Shown: piece by piece, positions 48,204 to 58,741 of the stretch | Position numbering within the stretch: the stretch's first letter is position 1 | How the letters are laid out: each line of letters opens with the position of its first letter | Origin: Prorocentrum cordatum | Taxonomy: Eukaryota | DNA: 64,000 nt | Direction of reading: 5' to 3' | Assembly (NCBI GenBank): GCA_963575745.1 | Contig: CAUYUJ010000237.1 | Location: forward strand, 496,001 to 560,000 | Notes under the pieces: model-generated | What the model was told of the DNA's origin: nothing | Seen by the model: only the letters and a program-made list of their open reading frames with translations | Databases searched by the model: none | Program-made: the position numbers and the translations under genes

Positions 48204-51200
48204 GCCCGCGCGCCCTGGCGAACGCCGCTGGGGGTCAGACGGCCCACCGCCGAGCCTCCAGCTCCTCCTCGGCCTCCTCCTTCCGCCTCCTCCTCCACCT
48301 CCTCCTCCTCTTCCTCCACCTCCTCGTCGGCCTCCTCCTCCTCGTCCTCTGCCTCCCCTTTTCCGCCCCCTTCCTCAGCTTCGCGCGCAGAAATGCCTCG
48401 TGACTCATAATGGAGGAACGTGGATCCGAGAGAGCCCCATGACAGCCCAGGAGGACCCCAAGATGCCGAAGAGAACGCCAACGCGGCCCAGAAACCTCCC
48501 GAGAGGGCCCCAAGCGAAGAGCGAGATGGGAAACCCGAGCATTATTTCGGGCCCTTTCCCCAGGCCCCCAAGACTGCGAACGGCAGTTTGTGATCGTGAC
48601 ATGGGATCGTGCCAGAGTTTTTCCGACGGCTACGGCTGTCTCTCGTCCCGCCAGAAGGGCCGCGGTTCTAGGCGCAGTAGAGCGGGATGCACGCTCGCTC
48701 GCCCCCTCGCTTCCGCCTCCTCGAGGATGCACTTGTATCGGAGATGGATCCGTTTCTGGAGCGTCCCGAGGGCTCCGCCGGCGTGCGAACGCAGTCACAA
48801 CGAGCGTTGCTTCCTTTGCCTCGTCTGCCAGTGCCGTGCGCTTCGGCCACTGCAGAGGTGCTGTTGCATCCTGCCGAGGAGGCGGCGGTCCTCAAAGTGC
48901 GCTACTGGGGCGTTCTGTTGGTCTTCACCCCCCGGAGCAAACAAACAGGGCTCTCGGCCACATGCCGGTCTTCTCTGCCGTCCTGCCCAATAGAGGAAGC
49001 CTTGGTGTGTTTGCGCCGGGCGCCCGCACCTCCCGAGTGGGAGCTCTGCGGCACGGGGCTGCCCCGCCGCGTGCTCGGTGCCGCGTGCGCCCGCTGCCCC
49101 GGGCTGTGGTGCGACGCCGGGCGCCCTGCACACAACCACGGTGCGGCGAGCGTCGCCCCACAGTCCACCCGCATGGCAGGGAGGGGCAAGGTCAGCGGCA
49201 GCTGCAAGGCGCGCGACAGCAAGAACAGGAACCGGAAGGAGGACGAGCAGGAGTTCTGGGAGGAGGGCGCAGGCAAGATCCCAAAGGGTGCCCCTCGCAT
49301 CCTGGCCCATTCGGCCCATGCTTCGCGACTCTTGCCGGCCGTCCTCGTTCGATGACTGCGTGCTGGCTCCGAGGGGCCGCGCCGACGTGGGGTCACTGCG
49401 TGAAGGCGTTGCTGGAAAGGGGTGCCGATTGCGCCACTCGATTCGGCCCACTTCCCCAGCGCCACTCGGAGCCCGAGCGCGCACCGGGAGGGCGGGACAG
49501 CGGTGCGAAGGGTGGCCGCAGGCGGCCACGCTTTGCCGCGCGGGCCGGTACACTCAGCCCACCACCCGCGAGGCGAGCCCGGTATTTCCTACACCTCCCC
49601 GGCGTCCAGGCAGCACCGCGCACGCGCACGGCACGTCCGCGCGGCGCCCCGCAGAGCCCGAAGTGTTGACGCAATTGGACGTTCCAGTCCCCTCGCCGGT
49701 TTTTTTGTTGCCCCCACGTCGCCGCGGCGGGGCCCGCCTCCCTCGGAGAGGCTTGGGGGGGTCGACGCGCGAGAGGCGATCCGTTGCCCGAACGGGCCAC
49801 TGGCGTGAAGCCACCGATTCCACGAATCCACGAAGCCACCAAGGGGCAACCGAGAGCCAGCTAAATCGTCCTGTTCCAAAGCCCTACGGTTTTCGGGACC
49901 ATGAGAACCACGGACATGGCCCCCCGAAGGCCTTTGCATCTTTACCGCGCACTCTTATGATACGGGCTGGCTGTGTGGGGCTCTGTGCCCGGGTGTCCGG
50001 TGGCATCTTGGCCCAGGGCTCGCGCACGGGCTCGTGTCCAAGGGGCCGAGCCGCGTCGCCCTGGCTGGGCGGCCACGCTCGGGTGCCTTCAGCGCCGCTG
50101 CCAACAAGATGTCCAGACCAAAGGCGCCCCGCAGCGGCAGGGGGCCCCCCGGCGCCAGCGGCGACGCTGCCGCCCGCCGCCGCTCTCGCTTGTGCCGCGC
50201 GCCTGCCGAGAGGGAGGGCGCCTCGGGGGCCGCATCCGGTTCCTTAGGTCAACGCCTTGACTGCACGTAGCGGCGATGGTTCCGCCGGCGAGGGATCGAA
50301 GGGGGTCACAGGTCTTAGACCTCTGGGCGCCAACGGGTCCTGAGGGGAAACGGGTCCTGAGGTATTTTGCTGCCGTCTGTGGCTCCTCAGGGCCCTCCAC
50401 GGGCCCCGGGACTGCAGGAAAACCAGTTAGGCTGAACAGCTGGTCCTGGGGCCCAGATCCCGCATTGACCCGTTTCCCTCATGCAAATCCAAGCGCTCCC
50501 ACGTGGAGGTCGGAGAGTTGCACCGCATCGCCGATGCATCGGCGGTGTGGCTCGATGTCATTGGCGATGCATCGCCGAGGCGGCGCGATCCTCCGACCCA
50601 TCGGCGAGGCGGCGCGATCCTCCTCCAATCTGATCCCCATCTAGGAGGCCTCTAAGACCGCCGATCTGGATTCGATTTTCCCCCAATTACTCCCTGCCTC
50701 CCAGACCCCGGACGTCGTGCTTTTGTAACGACGTGGACGTGGACCCCCAGAGGTCTGAAAAAGCGCGTTCTGTGGTCGCTTGGTGGGGGGGGGGGTTGGA
50801 ACCGGACCTCCCCCCGCACCCTTGGATGGAGGGGGGGGTTCGACCCCCCCCCCCACTACCCCCTCGCGTGACGGAGGGGGGGGTTCGACCCCCCCTCGCC
50901 CCCCCTCCACCACCCTCCTCCCCTACTTCTCCTCTCTCCCTCTCCTCGGGCCGGCGCCCGAGGTGGTAGTGGTTGTGGTGGTAGTGGTGGTTGTTGGTGG
51001 TGGTGGTGGTGGTGGTGGTGGTGTGGTGGTGGTTGGTGGTGGTGGTGGTGGGTTGTGGTGGTGGTGTTGGCGGTGGTGGTGGTTGTGGTGGTGGTGGTGT
51101 GGTGGTTGGTGGTGGTGGTGGTTGTGTTGGTGGGCGTTGGTGGTGGTGGTGGTGGTGGTGATGGTTTGGTGGTGGTGTGGAGCCAGGTCCCACTAAACCC

Positions 51201-51860
51201 AGTTCCGCCAACGCCCGATTCTGGGGAAGGGGACCCGCAAGTCCATACTGCAGTCGACATGGACAGAGGTGTTGCCCGCAGGAGTGACCTTCGGTTATGT
51301 CGGGCGTGTCCCCTACAGGGGGATTTTCGACGACAAATGAAACATACCCCAAAAATACTCCGAAGAGGTCAGAAAATACCCCAAGAAATAGTCCCCAGAC
51401 TAGTTTTGGACTCTCTTTCGGCTATGTTTGGGGCACTTTTTATTCTTCGTCGAACACCCCCCTGCAGGGGTACAGGCCCCTGCAGTCGACATGGACAGAG
51501 GTGTTGCTGAGGAGGAGGAGGAGGAGGAGGAGGAGGAGGAAGGCATTTCGGCCGAGAGGCCAGCCTCCGAGCGGAGGCCCGCCCCCATCGGCCGTGCCTC
51601 GGCGCGCCGCGGTGCGCCATAGAGCGGTGGGAGGCCCCAGGCCGACCCCTCCTGCTGCTCTCGAGGCGCGGCGGCCGCGCTGCGCTGCGGACCGCGAGTG
51701 GGTCACCCCGCTGGCGGCTTCGCCGCCCAGATTGCTGGCCACGCCGTCGGACGGGGGCTGGCACAGGCGGGATCGGGCCCGCCGCAGCTCAGCCAGGACC
51801 CTTCTCAGGGTTATCGAGGCGGCGCGGACACTGGAACAACATCATAGTGCACAACAGGGC

Positions 51861-53675
51861 ATGAATCGTCGCGACCAACAGTGGAGCGGCAATGGGAGCA
51901 ATGGATATGCGGGTGGTGGCGGAAGCAACTCATGGCAATGGAAGGAACAGACACCATGGAGGCAGACTCGCAGGACGGGAAGGAGCCAGTCGCGACCAAG
52001 AACGAAGGAGAGGGATGGTACTGGGCAAAACAATAGGTTCGACAAGCTGAATGACACGATCCCGATCGCCACTCAAGAAGACGCGGTTGGCCACCCATCA
52101 TTTGCATGGCCACCCGAGGATAAGGGAGCAGCCAAGGAGCACCGTGCTATGTTGCTACGCCGAATGAACGGGCTCCTCAAGATGATCGCAGCAGCAAAGG
52201 AGGCAAAAGAGACGGCGACGACGCAGATCACGGAGGTATCGATGATAAAATATACCCTCCTCATCATGAGGCCGTCTTATAAGCAGAAGAAGATATTGGA
52301 GCATGACCTGGAGAAGATAGACGGTCAATTACGAAAGATTGGTTTGGATATCAAGAAGCTTCGGGATTCAGAGGTAGAGTTGCGAGGGAAACGTACACAG
52401 ATAGAGGTATTGATGAATGACCTTCAACGTCAGCGTGAAGAGGAGGAAGCTGAGGATGATCGGGAGATGGAGGAAGACAGCGGAGAGGCGGAGAATACCA
52501 GGGCGCGGCCAAGAGTGCTACCCCCGCCTCCGCGGCCTCCTGACGCAATGGAACAGATGCTGCAGCAGATGACTCACTTGACAAGATTGGTCACTGAGCA
52601 GTCGGTCAAGATCCAGCAACACGAGAACATCATGAACCAGCAGATCCTTGGCATGGGATATCTCAAGCAGGCTGCAGCACAAGAAGATCTGCAGAGGCAG
52701 CAACAACATGAAGCCGAGCGACAGCGACAGCTTCAGGTACAGCAGCAGCAGCAGCAGCAGCAGATGTTTCTGCAGCAGCCGCAGCAGCAGCAGCAGCCGC
52801 AGCAGCAGCAGCAGCAGCTCCAGGTACAGCAGCAGCAGGAGATGTTGGTGCAGCATCAACAAGCATATCATGATTGGCTCTACCGACAGCATCAAACAAT
52901 GTTTGCATCAATTTCTAAGGAGGAGCACGAAAGGCAGTTGCAGGAATTCGCGCGAGAGCAGAATGCCCAGGCGGAAGCGGAGGACGTACGCGACTTGCAG
53001 GAGTTCGCGCAGGAGTTTCAAGCATGGGAGGAGAACAAGCGCCAGCAAGTGGAGATCGCCCAGGCTATCAAGAGCTCCATGCAGGGACACCAGGGGCAGC
53101 CTCCTCCCCCCAGGTCTCCAGGGCCGCTACTACCATCTGCTGAGGAAGTTGATCAAGCCCTCCTTCAGCAAAGTCAGGTAAGCCAGGCGACCCCATTCTC
53201 CAGAGATGAACAACTAGCAGAAGAAGAAGAGAGGACACAATCGTTTACTCTTTCCCCGACAGAACCGGCTACATCACAGGTCCCATCAGAACAAAATACC
53301 CCAGTGCGTCAGAGTGATGATCCCTATGTCGGAGCCAGCCCTCTTCATTTTCATCAAGTACCAGCTGGCAAGTACGGGGCAATGAAGCCATTCTTCGAGC
53401 GGAAGGCCAAGTTGCAAGAGATATCGCCGACTCAGCCAATGACACCTATCGGGCTAGATGGTCCAATTTACCATGCGATTGGGACACCACCAGCTGGGGG
53501 TACTCCCCAGGCAGCTACTTCCGACAGTGGGGAAAGTATATTGGGTCGACAGCCTCCGGCAAAAGTACGTATGGGCGAGCGAGAGGGAGGAGATGGTTTC
53601 GAACAGCCAGCTGATCGCACACGGATTTCATCGCAGTCCAAGCCATCAGCTGCATCGAGCTCGTCAAAAAAGTGA
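51861..53675 (+). CDS. LINE ORF1 protein (604 aa): basic N-terminus, coiled coil, polyQ, Pro/Ser-rich tail
   Basis: First ATG 52 nt inside the element. Heptad-like LEHDLEKIDGQLRKIGLDIKKLRDSEVELRGKR. Position upstream of pol. No zinc knuckle recognised. Confidence 0.8.
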   Translation: MNRRDQQWSGNGSNGYAGGGGSNSWQWKEQTPWRQTRRTGRSQSRPRTKERDGTGQNNRFDKLNDTIPIATQEDAVGHPSFAWPPEDKGAAKEHRAMLLRRMNGLLKMIAAAKEAKETATTQITEVSMIKYTLLIMRPSYKQKKILEHDLEKIDGQLRKIGLDIKKLRDSEVELRGKRTQIEVLMNDLQRQREEEEAEDDREMEEDSGEAENTRARPRVLPPPPRPPDAMEQMLQQMTHLTRLVTEQSVKIQQHENIMNQQILGMGYLKQAAAQEDLQRQQQHEAERQRQLQVQQQQQQQQMFLQQPQQQQQPQQQQQQLQVQQQQEMLVQHQQAYHDWLYRQHQTMFASISKEEHERQLQEFAREQNAQAEAEDVRDLQEFAQEFQAWEENKRQQVEIAQAIKSSMQGHQGQPPPPRSPGPLLPSAEEVDQALLQQSQVSQATPFSRDEQLAEEEERTQSFTLSPTEPATSQVPSEQNTPVRQSDDPYVGASPLHFHQVPAGKYGAMKPFFERKAKLQEISPTQPMTPIGLDGPIYHAIGTPPAGGTPQAATSDSGESILGRQPPAKVRMGEREGGDGFEQPADRTRISSQSKPSAASSSSKK

Positions 53676-56600
53676 GGTGGGAGACTCCGACGCGGAAGGC
53701 TGGCCACCGCGCGTCGGAGGTAGTTGCAAAGAGGGCCTCACAAAAGACTCGAATTCAGGGCATTTTGCCATCGTCGTCAACGGAATGTGGGACATCCGCG
53801 ACGACATCACCAACGGCCTCGAATCACATCTCATCTTCTTTGACAACGGCATCCCCAAATACAGATTCTTATGATCAGTCGCAATGCTGTGGTGGTATTC
53901 CATTTCATCGTCATGCTGATCGGGGTGCACGTGACACTGATTTTTTTCTAGGCGAGGAGGGCCGAGAAGTACGTAGGGAAACCACGGCGGATTTGCAGGA
54001 ACACGCTTCTTCAGGAGGTGGAGATCCTCATCCTTCGGCACCTATCTCAAGGTCAGCTCTGTCCATTCCTCCCCCTCCTGGCTTGGAAGGACAGGTGTCG
54101 ACCACGCAGGGCGGCTCGTCAGCACATGAGGTCTTACGCCATCAGGCTCACCCTCAAGGACCAGCTGCATCTGCACATACACAACATCGTCAATTTCTAG
54201 GTTCCGTCTCCCAACCGTCACGACACAAACGGTGCGAGGTGGAGATTCCAAGAACTTTCTTGGAGGTAATCGGCCAGCTGGACTACCCAGTACGACTTGC
54301 TCATGATCTATCACGAGTTGAACTATCGGACATGGCCAAGTCTCCACTGCGTGTGGTTGCAGGGCGACCAGGGGTGCCAGAATCGGGGACAATCTCGGGG
54401 CACCTTTGGACGGACGGCTCCCACAAAGAGTCTGACCCCACCTGTGATGGGTGGGCTGTGGTGGTCGGACTTGGAGATGGGACGGACTGCTTCTATCAAG
54501 GATTTCTATCATCGCGTACTCTTGGCAGCTCACTTCTAGTTTCTGAGGATGGCAACCTAGACAGCACCACTTCTGAGATGGTCGCCATGGTCTGGGCACT
54601 GGTATACGTATTACAGGAGAGCCATTACAGAGATATCACGTGGACGATTACATCAGATTCGAAAGTCACTCTCGGGGTTGTGCATAGACTACATGGGTAT
54701 AAACCCAATGAAGAACTAGCAGCCTTTCTGTCGATTTTAACGCAAGAAGTACAGCACAGGTGCCATGTGGATTTCCGATACACTAAATCACACGATGAAG
54801 ATGGCTGGAACCACCTTGCTGACAACATTGCGAAGGCGAACCTCAAGTTCAACTTAAGGGAACATCATACACAGCTTGCAGGGCTCCTACGTTATCAGCC
54901 AGGCTTAGAATGGACATGGCTCAGGTATTCTCATGAGGACGCCGTATGTTACCCGAAGGTTACGGATGATGGACTCGACTTTTGTATGCCAGCACGTCTT
55001 GCGCATCAAGAACACAGCAGAATTGAGACATTGGGTAAGTTCAAGGAGTGTTTGTACGACACGAAGGCCAGCAACAGGAAGGCAAGATCCTCTCAGGTCT
55101 CATTTAAGATCGCCACGTACAACGCCATGTCCCTGACGGAGGCCAGGTCGAGTAAGTTAAACCGACATCAGAGGGCAGCCAAAAAACATCGGCTCCAACG
55201 GCTTCGTCTACAATTTCAAGATGATCAGCTTCTACTTGTTGGAGTACAGGAAGCTCGTGGAAAAGCCGGACAGCAGTGGGCGGACAATTATATCACGCTT
55301 CGATCGGGAGCAGACGCTGGAGGTCATGGATGTGCACTTTTGGTCTCTACGGCAATACCATATGCACACGACTCGCAGAGCTCAAGGCCCTTTTTCCTGT
55401 CCGACAAAAACTTACGTGTGTTGGTCCGCGAACCGACCCGACTTATGGTTAGAATATCGGCAACTCATCTGAAGCTCACTATCGGTATCTTTCATGCCCC
55501 CCAGCGAGGCCGGCCAGCATCAGAACGAAAGCAATGGTGGGATGAGACGTCGGACATGTTATCTCAACATCCTGTGGACATTCTTTGCATGGACGCGAAT
55601 GCACGGATGGATCACACCACAATGGAACTACCATACGTTGGATGCAAGGGGCCAACAAGCAAAGCAGACGATTCGGGCAGACGGCTTTCGGACCTTGGCC
55701 TACGGCACAAGCTATACATATACAACACTATTCATGGAGGAAATGATGATTGGACGTACACCGATGGCACAGCTACCCATCGCTCCGATTATGTTGGGCT
55801 CAGTCAGGTATGGTATGATTCTGCACAAAGCCTGCGCATCATCAAGGACTTGGACACAGGTTTGCAACAGGAGGATCATCGGCCAGTCACAGTAAGCTTT
55901 AGATGCCAGCACATTGCTCGAACTTGTGATGGACCAGTACCTCTACGGCTTTCATATGAAAAACTTTCAGACCCTGGATTACAGCTCGAATTTCGTCGCA
56001 GGCTCGAGACGCTACGTCCTGGTCACTGGGAACAAGAGGTCAACAATCAGTATGCTGAAGTTATTGGTAGCATAAAAAAGTATGCCAAGGAAATTTTCTC
56101 GAAGGACCTGTTGACTCCACACCAAGCATATATTAGTCGTAACACCATGCAGCTCATCCGATTGCGTCGGTATGTATTGGCAGCTCGGAGGAAATGGAAA
56201 CGCAAGGAGCTGGATGCCTTCGACAACCTATGTAAGTTCCTACCGAGTCAACTGGATACTTACTCCAATGAGGGTGATCCTTGGCATCCACAGGCACAGC
56301 AGCTGGTATTAGGTATTGCTCTACTTCAGGACAAAATGTGGTCATTGCAGGAATTTGCTGCTCAGCTTGACTCGTTCATGGTGGTCACCCAGTCCATACT
56401 ATCGGATAGGTTGGAGAAAGAGAAGGCAGAGAGATTGGAATCTTTTGCTGATCAAATTGGAGAAGCAACACTTGCTGGAGATAACCGTCGAGCATGGCAA
56501 GCTGCAAACAAATTATTGCGCAGCGCTGGGCGGCAACATCCACGGCACACTGGAGGGTCATTTCTTCCGTATCGTGTGGACAATAACGGGGCTGTCATTT

Positions 56601-58741
56601 GTTCTGATGAAGCTATGGGCCACAACAGGATGAAGGTATACTCCAAGCTTGAAGATGCTCGGATTTTGGATGCTGCCTCATACGTGGACGAGTTTATTAA
56701 ATTTCCGAGTACGGCTCTGGACGACATTCCCCTGCACATTGAACATGTCCCAAGTCTTCATTTGGTCGAGAGGATGTTCACTAAGGGACCATCACGCAAG
56801 GCTGCGGGCACAGACGGCATTCAAGAGGAGTTGGTCAAGGCTGCACCTCGACAGGTAGCCCGCCTCATGGCGCCGATTATGACGAAAGTATGCTTGACTG
56901 GTATCGAGCCCATTGCTTTCAAGCACAGCCGGCTTGCGGAGGTCTCCAAGGCTAGTGGTGACCCATCGACCAACAAGGCGTACCGAGCGGTTACCATATG
57001 CAACGTCTTTGCCAAGCACCATTATAGATTCCTCCGACAACAACTGGCTTTTACGATCGACCTCATGCTGCGTGATTCGCAACTCGGTGGCCGTCCACGT
57101 CGTTCTCCGACAATGGCTGCGCATCAAGTCAGGTTAGTCTCGGCCATTGCGGCACGCATGGGGAAATCGGCGGCCTTCCTCTTCTTGGATCTGGTGGCGG
57201 CTTTTCACAGGATCATACGGCAGATGGCATGTGGTATGCAGTATTTGGAAGACGAGCCATTTAGGATCCTGGATGACTGTGATATCCCTGCCAGTCTTGT
57301 GCCGCTGGCTTCTGCGATCATTGCACAACCTGGGCTCCTGGATTCTGCACAAGTTGACCCGCATCTACGGCATCTCGCATCGGAGTCGCAACGTCTCACG
57401 GTATTTGAGGTCGCGGACAACCAACAACTCGGGGTTCCGACCAGAGGATCGAGGCCAGGATGCGCGACGGCCGACTACTTTTTCAATATTGTTTTCTCGA
57501 AGCCACTTAACACTGCTGTGGAGAAGCTGGACTCACTGGGTTTGCTTTTTGATTGCTCTGCACTTGATCAAGACGTCCCACTTGTGCGCAAACACGATGA
57601 CCGTTGCACAAAGTTGGTGGACATCACTTTCGTTGATGATGTCATGATCCCAGCTATCTTGGACAACGACATGGTCGTGGAACATCTTCGGCAAGCGATG
57701 GACACCATGCACGAATCGTTTATCTCGCATTTTATGGAACCCAACTATGGCAGAGGCAAAACGGGTGTGGTGGTCCAAATACGTGGTGCGCAACGGGAAC
57801 AACTTAGACACACGCTATACTCTGAGGATGCCACGGTCATTAAAAGCGATAAGTACAAGTACGAGTTCTACATTGAAAGGCAGTACAAACACATGGGGTC
57901 TATCATATCGTTCGATACATCATGGAATCCAGAGATGGCGCGACGGGTACAACGGCATGAGCATGCAATGGGCCCGATTCGCCGAGGTATTTTGTCAAAA
58001 AGATCAATTTCGACAGCGGCCAAGGTGCGGTACGTTGAGGCCCTGGCTTGCTCTCGCTTATTACAACAGGTTGAGATATGGCACGACATCGGAGTGGTGA
58101 ACGAGGGTAAGGTCAATGCAGCATATATCAAAGCGATGCGGTCGGCCACGGGTATGGTGCATACCACGGAGACTGGCGAACATTTCACAGACCAGGCGGT
58201 GCTCTATTTTGCCCAGCGCCCTGGCTTATCTGACATACGCAGAATTCGTAGGTTGAAGTATATTGCTCGCGTTATACACGACGGGCCTGCCACTCTGCGC
58301 ATGCTAATCGACATCGATGGCCTTCAAGGCACTTGGATGGGCTTACTGGAGAGGGATTTCGAATGGCTTCGCATGACCGTACCCGACCGCACAACCAACA
58401 TTGACACGCTGCAGCAATGGATTTCTTTCATTAGGTCTGGTAGTAAGAGGTACATCGCGATCTGCAATCAAGCTTGGCAACGGCATCGTATTCATTTGCA
58501 GGGCGAGTATCAACTATATGTATGGCGGCGCCACCTTTTGGCATTTCAGGCTAGCCTGGGAACGTTGGGGTCACTGTTGAGAGGTATATCTGTTATGAAT
58601 GTGGCGATACGTTTTCATCACGGCGGGCGTGGCAGGGACATCGGACAAGACTACACAGTGGGGTTACCAATGCTGGTGACTATGCGGAAACAGGATACTG
58701 CAGGGCTTGTGACTCGGACTTTCACACGCGGAAAAGACTAA
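53672..58741 (+). CDS. LINE ORF2 polyprotein: RNase H - APE endonuclease - reverse transcriptase
   Basis: RNase H ~54400-54845 (WTDGS, TSEMVA, TSDSK, KSH..GWNHLADNIAK). APE ~55100-55890 (ATYNA, GVQE, FHAP, MDANA, RSDY, EDHRPV). RT ~56800-57910 (KAAGTDG, YRAVTI, FLDLVAAF, GSRPG, FVDD at 57629-57640, YKHMG). First ATG at 54332. The reading beyond ~58555-58590 is probably out of frame. Confidence 0.93.
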   Translation: MRWETPTRKAGHRASEVVAKRASQKTRIQGILPSSSTECGTSATTSPTASNHISSSLTTASPNTDSYDQSQCCGGIPFHRHADRGARDTDFFLGEEGREVRRETTADLQEHASSGGGDPHPSAPISRSALSIPPPPGLEGQVSTTQGGSSAHEVLRHQAHPQGPAASAHTQHRQFLGSVSQPSRHKRCEVEIPRTFLEVIGQLDYPVRLAHDLSRVELSDMAKSPLRVVAGRPGVPESGTISGHLWTDGSHKESDPTCDGWAVVVGLGDGTDCFYQGFLSSRTLGSSLLVSEDGNLDSTTSEMVAMVWALVYVLQESHYRDITWTITSDSKVTLGVVHRLHGYKPNEELAAFLSILTQEVQHRCHVDFRYTKSHDEDGWNHLADNIAKANLKFNLREHHTQLAGLLRYQPGLEWTWLRYSHEDAVCYPKVTDDGLDFCMPARLAHQEHSRIETLGKFKECLYDTKASNRKARSSQVSFKIATYNAMSLTEARSSKLNRHQRAAKKHRLQRLRLQFQDDQLLLVGVQEARGKAGQQWADNYITLRSGADAGGHGCALLVSTAIPYAHDSQSSRPFFLSDKNLRVLVREPTRLMVRISATHLKLTIGIFHAPQRGRPASERKQWWDETSDMLSQHPVDILCMDANARMDHTTMELPYVGCKGPTSKADDSGRRLSDLGLRHKLYIYNTIHGGNDDWTYTDGTATHRSDYVGLSQVWYDSAQSLRIIKDLDTGLQQEDHRPVTVSFRCQHIARTCDGPVPLRLSYEKLSDPGLQLEFRRRLETLRPGHWEQEVNNQYAEVIGSIKKYAKEIFSKDLLTPHQAYISRNTMQLIRLRRYVLAARRKWKRKELDAFDNLCKFLPSQLDTYSNEGDPWHPQAQQLVLGIALLQDKMWSLQEFAAQLDSFMVVTQSILSDRLEKEKAERLESFADQIGEATLAGDNRRAWQAANKLLRSAGRQHPRHTGGSFLPYRVDNNGAVICSDEAMGHNRMKVYSKLEDARILDAASYVDEFIKFPSTALDDIPLHIEHVPSLHLVERMFTKGPSRKAAGTDGIQEELVKAAPRQVARLMAPIMTKVCLTGIEPIAFKHSRLAEVSKASGDPSTNKAYRAVTICNVFAKHHYRFLRQQLAFTIDLMLRDSQLGGRPRRSPTMAAHQVRLVSAIAARMGKSAAFLFLDLVAAFHRIIRQMACGMQYLEDEPFRILDDCDIPASLVPLASAIIAQPGLLDSAQVDPHLRHLASESQRLTVFEVADNQQLGVPTRGSRPGCATADYFFNIVFSKPLNTAVEKLDSLGLLFDCSALDQDVPLVRKHDDRCTKLVDITFVDDVMIPAILDNDMVVEHLRQAMDTMHESFISHFMEPNYGRGKTGVVVQIRGAQREQLRHTLYSEDATVIKSDKYKYEFYIERQYKHMGSIISFDTSWNPEMARRVQRHEHAMGPIRRGILSKRSISTAAKVRYVEALACSRLLQQVEIWHDIGVVNEGKVNAAYIKAMRSATGMVHTTETGEHFTDQAVLYFAQRPGLSDIRRIRRLKYIARVIHDGPATLRMLIDIDGLQGTWMGLLERDFEWLRMTVPDRTTNIDTLQQWISFIRSGSKRYIAICNQAWQRHRIHLQGEYQLYVWRRHLLAFQASLGTLGSLLRGISVMNVAIRFHHGGRGRDIGQDYTVGLPMLVTMRKQDTAGLVTRTFTRGKD

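Noticed and set aside
51297..51860. N-terminal extension of the 792-aa track ORF
   Set aside because: It runs through a MITE, a GGA tract and sequence outside the TSD. The credible start is ATG 51861.
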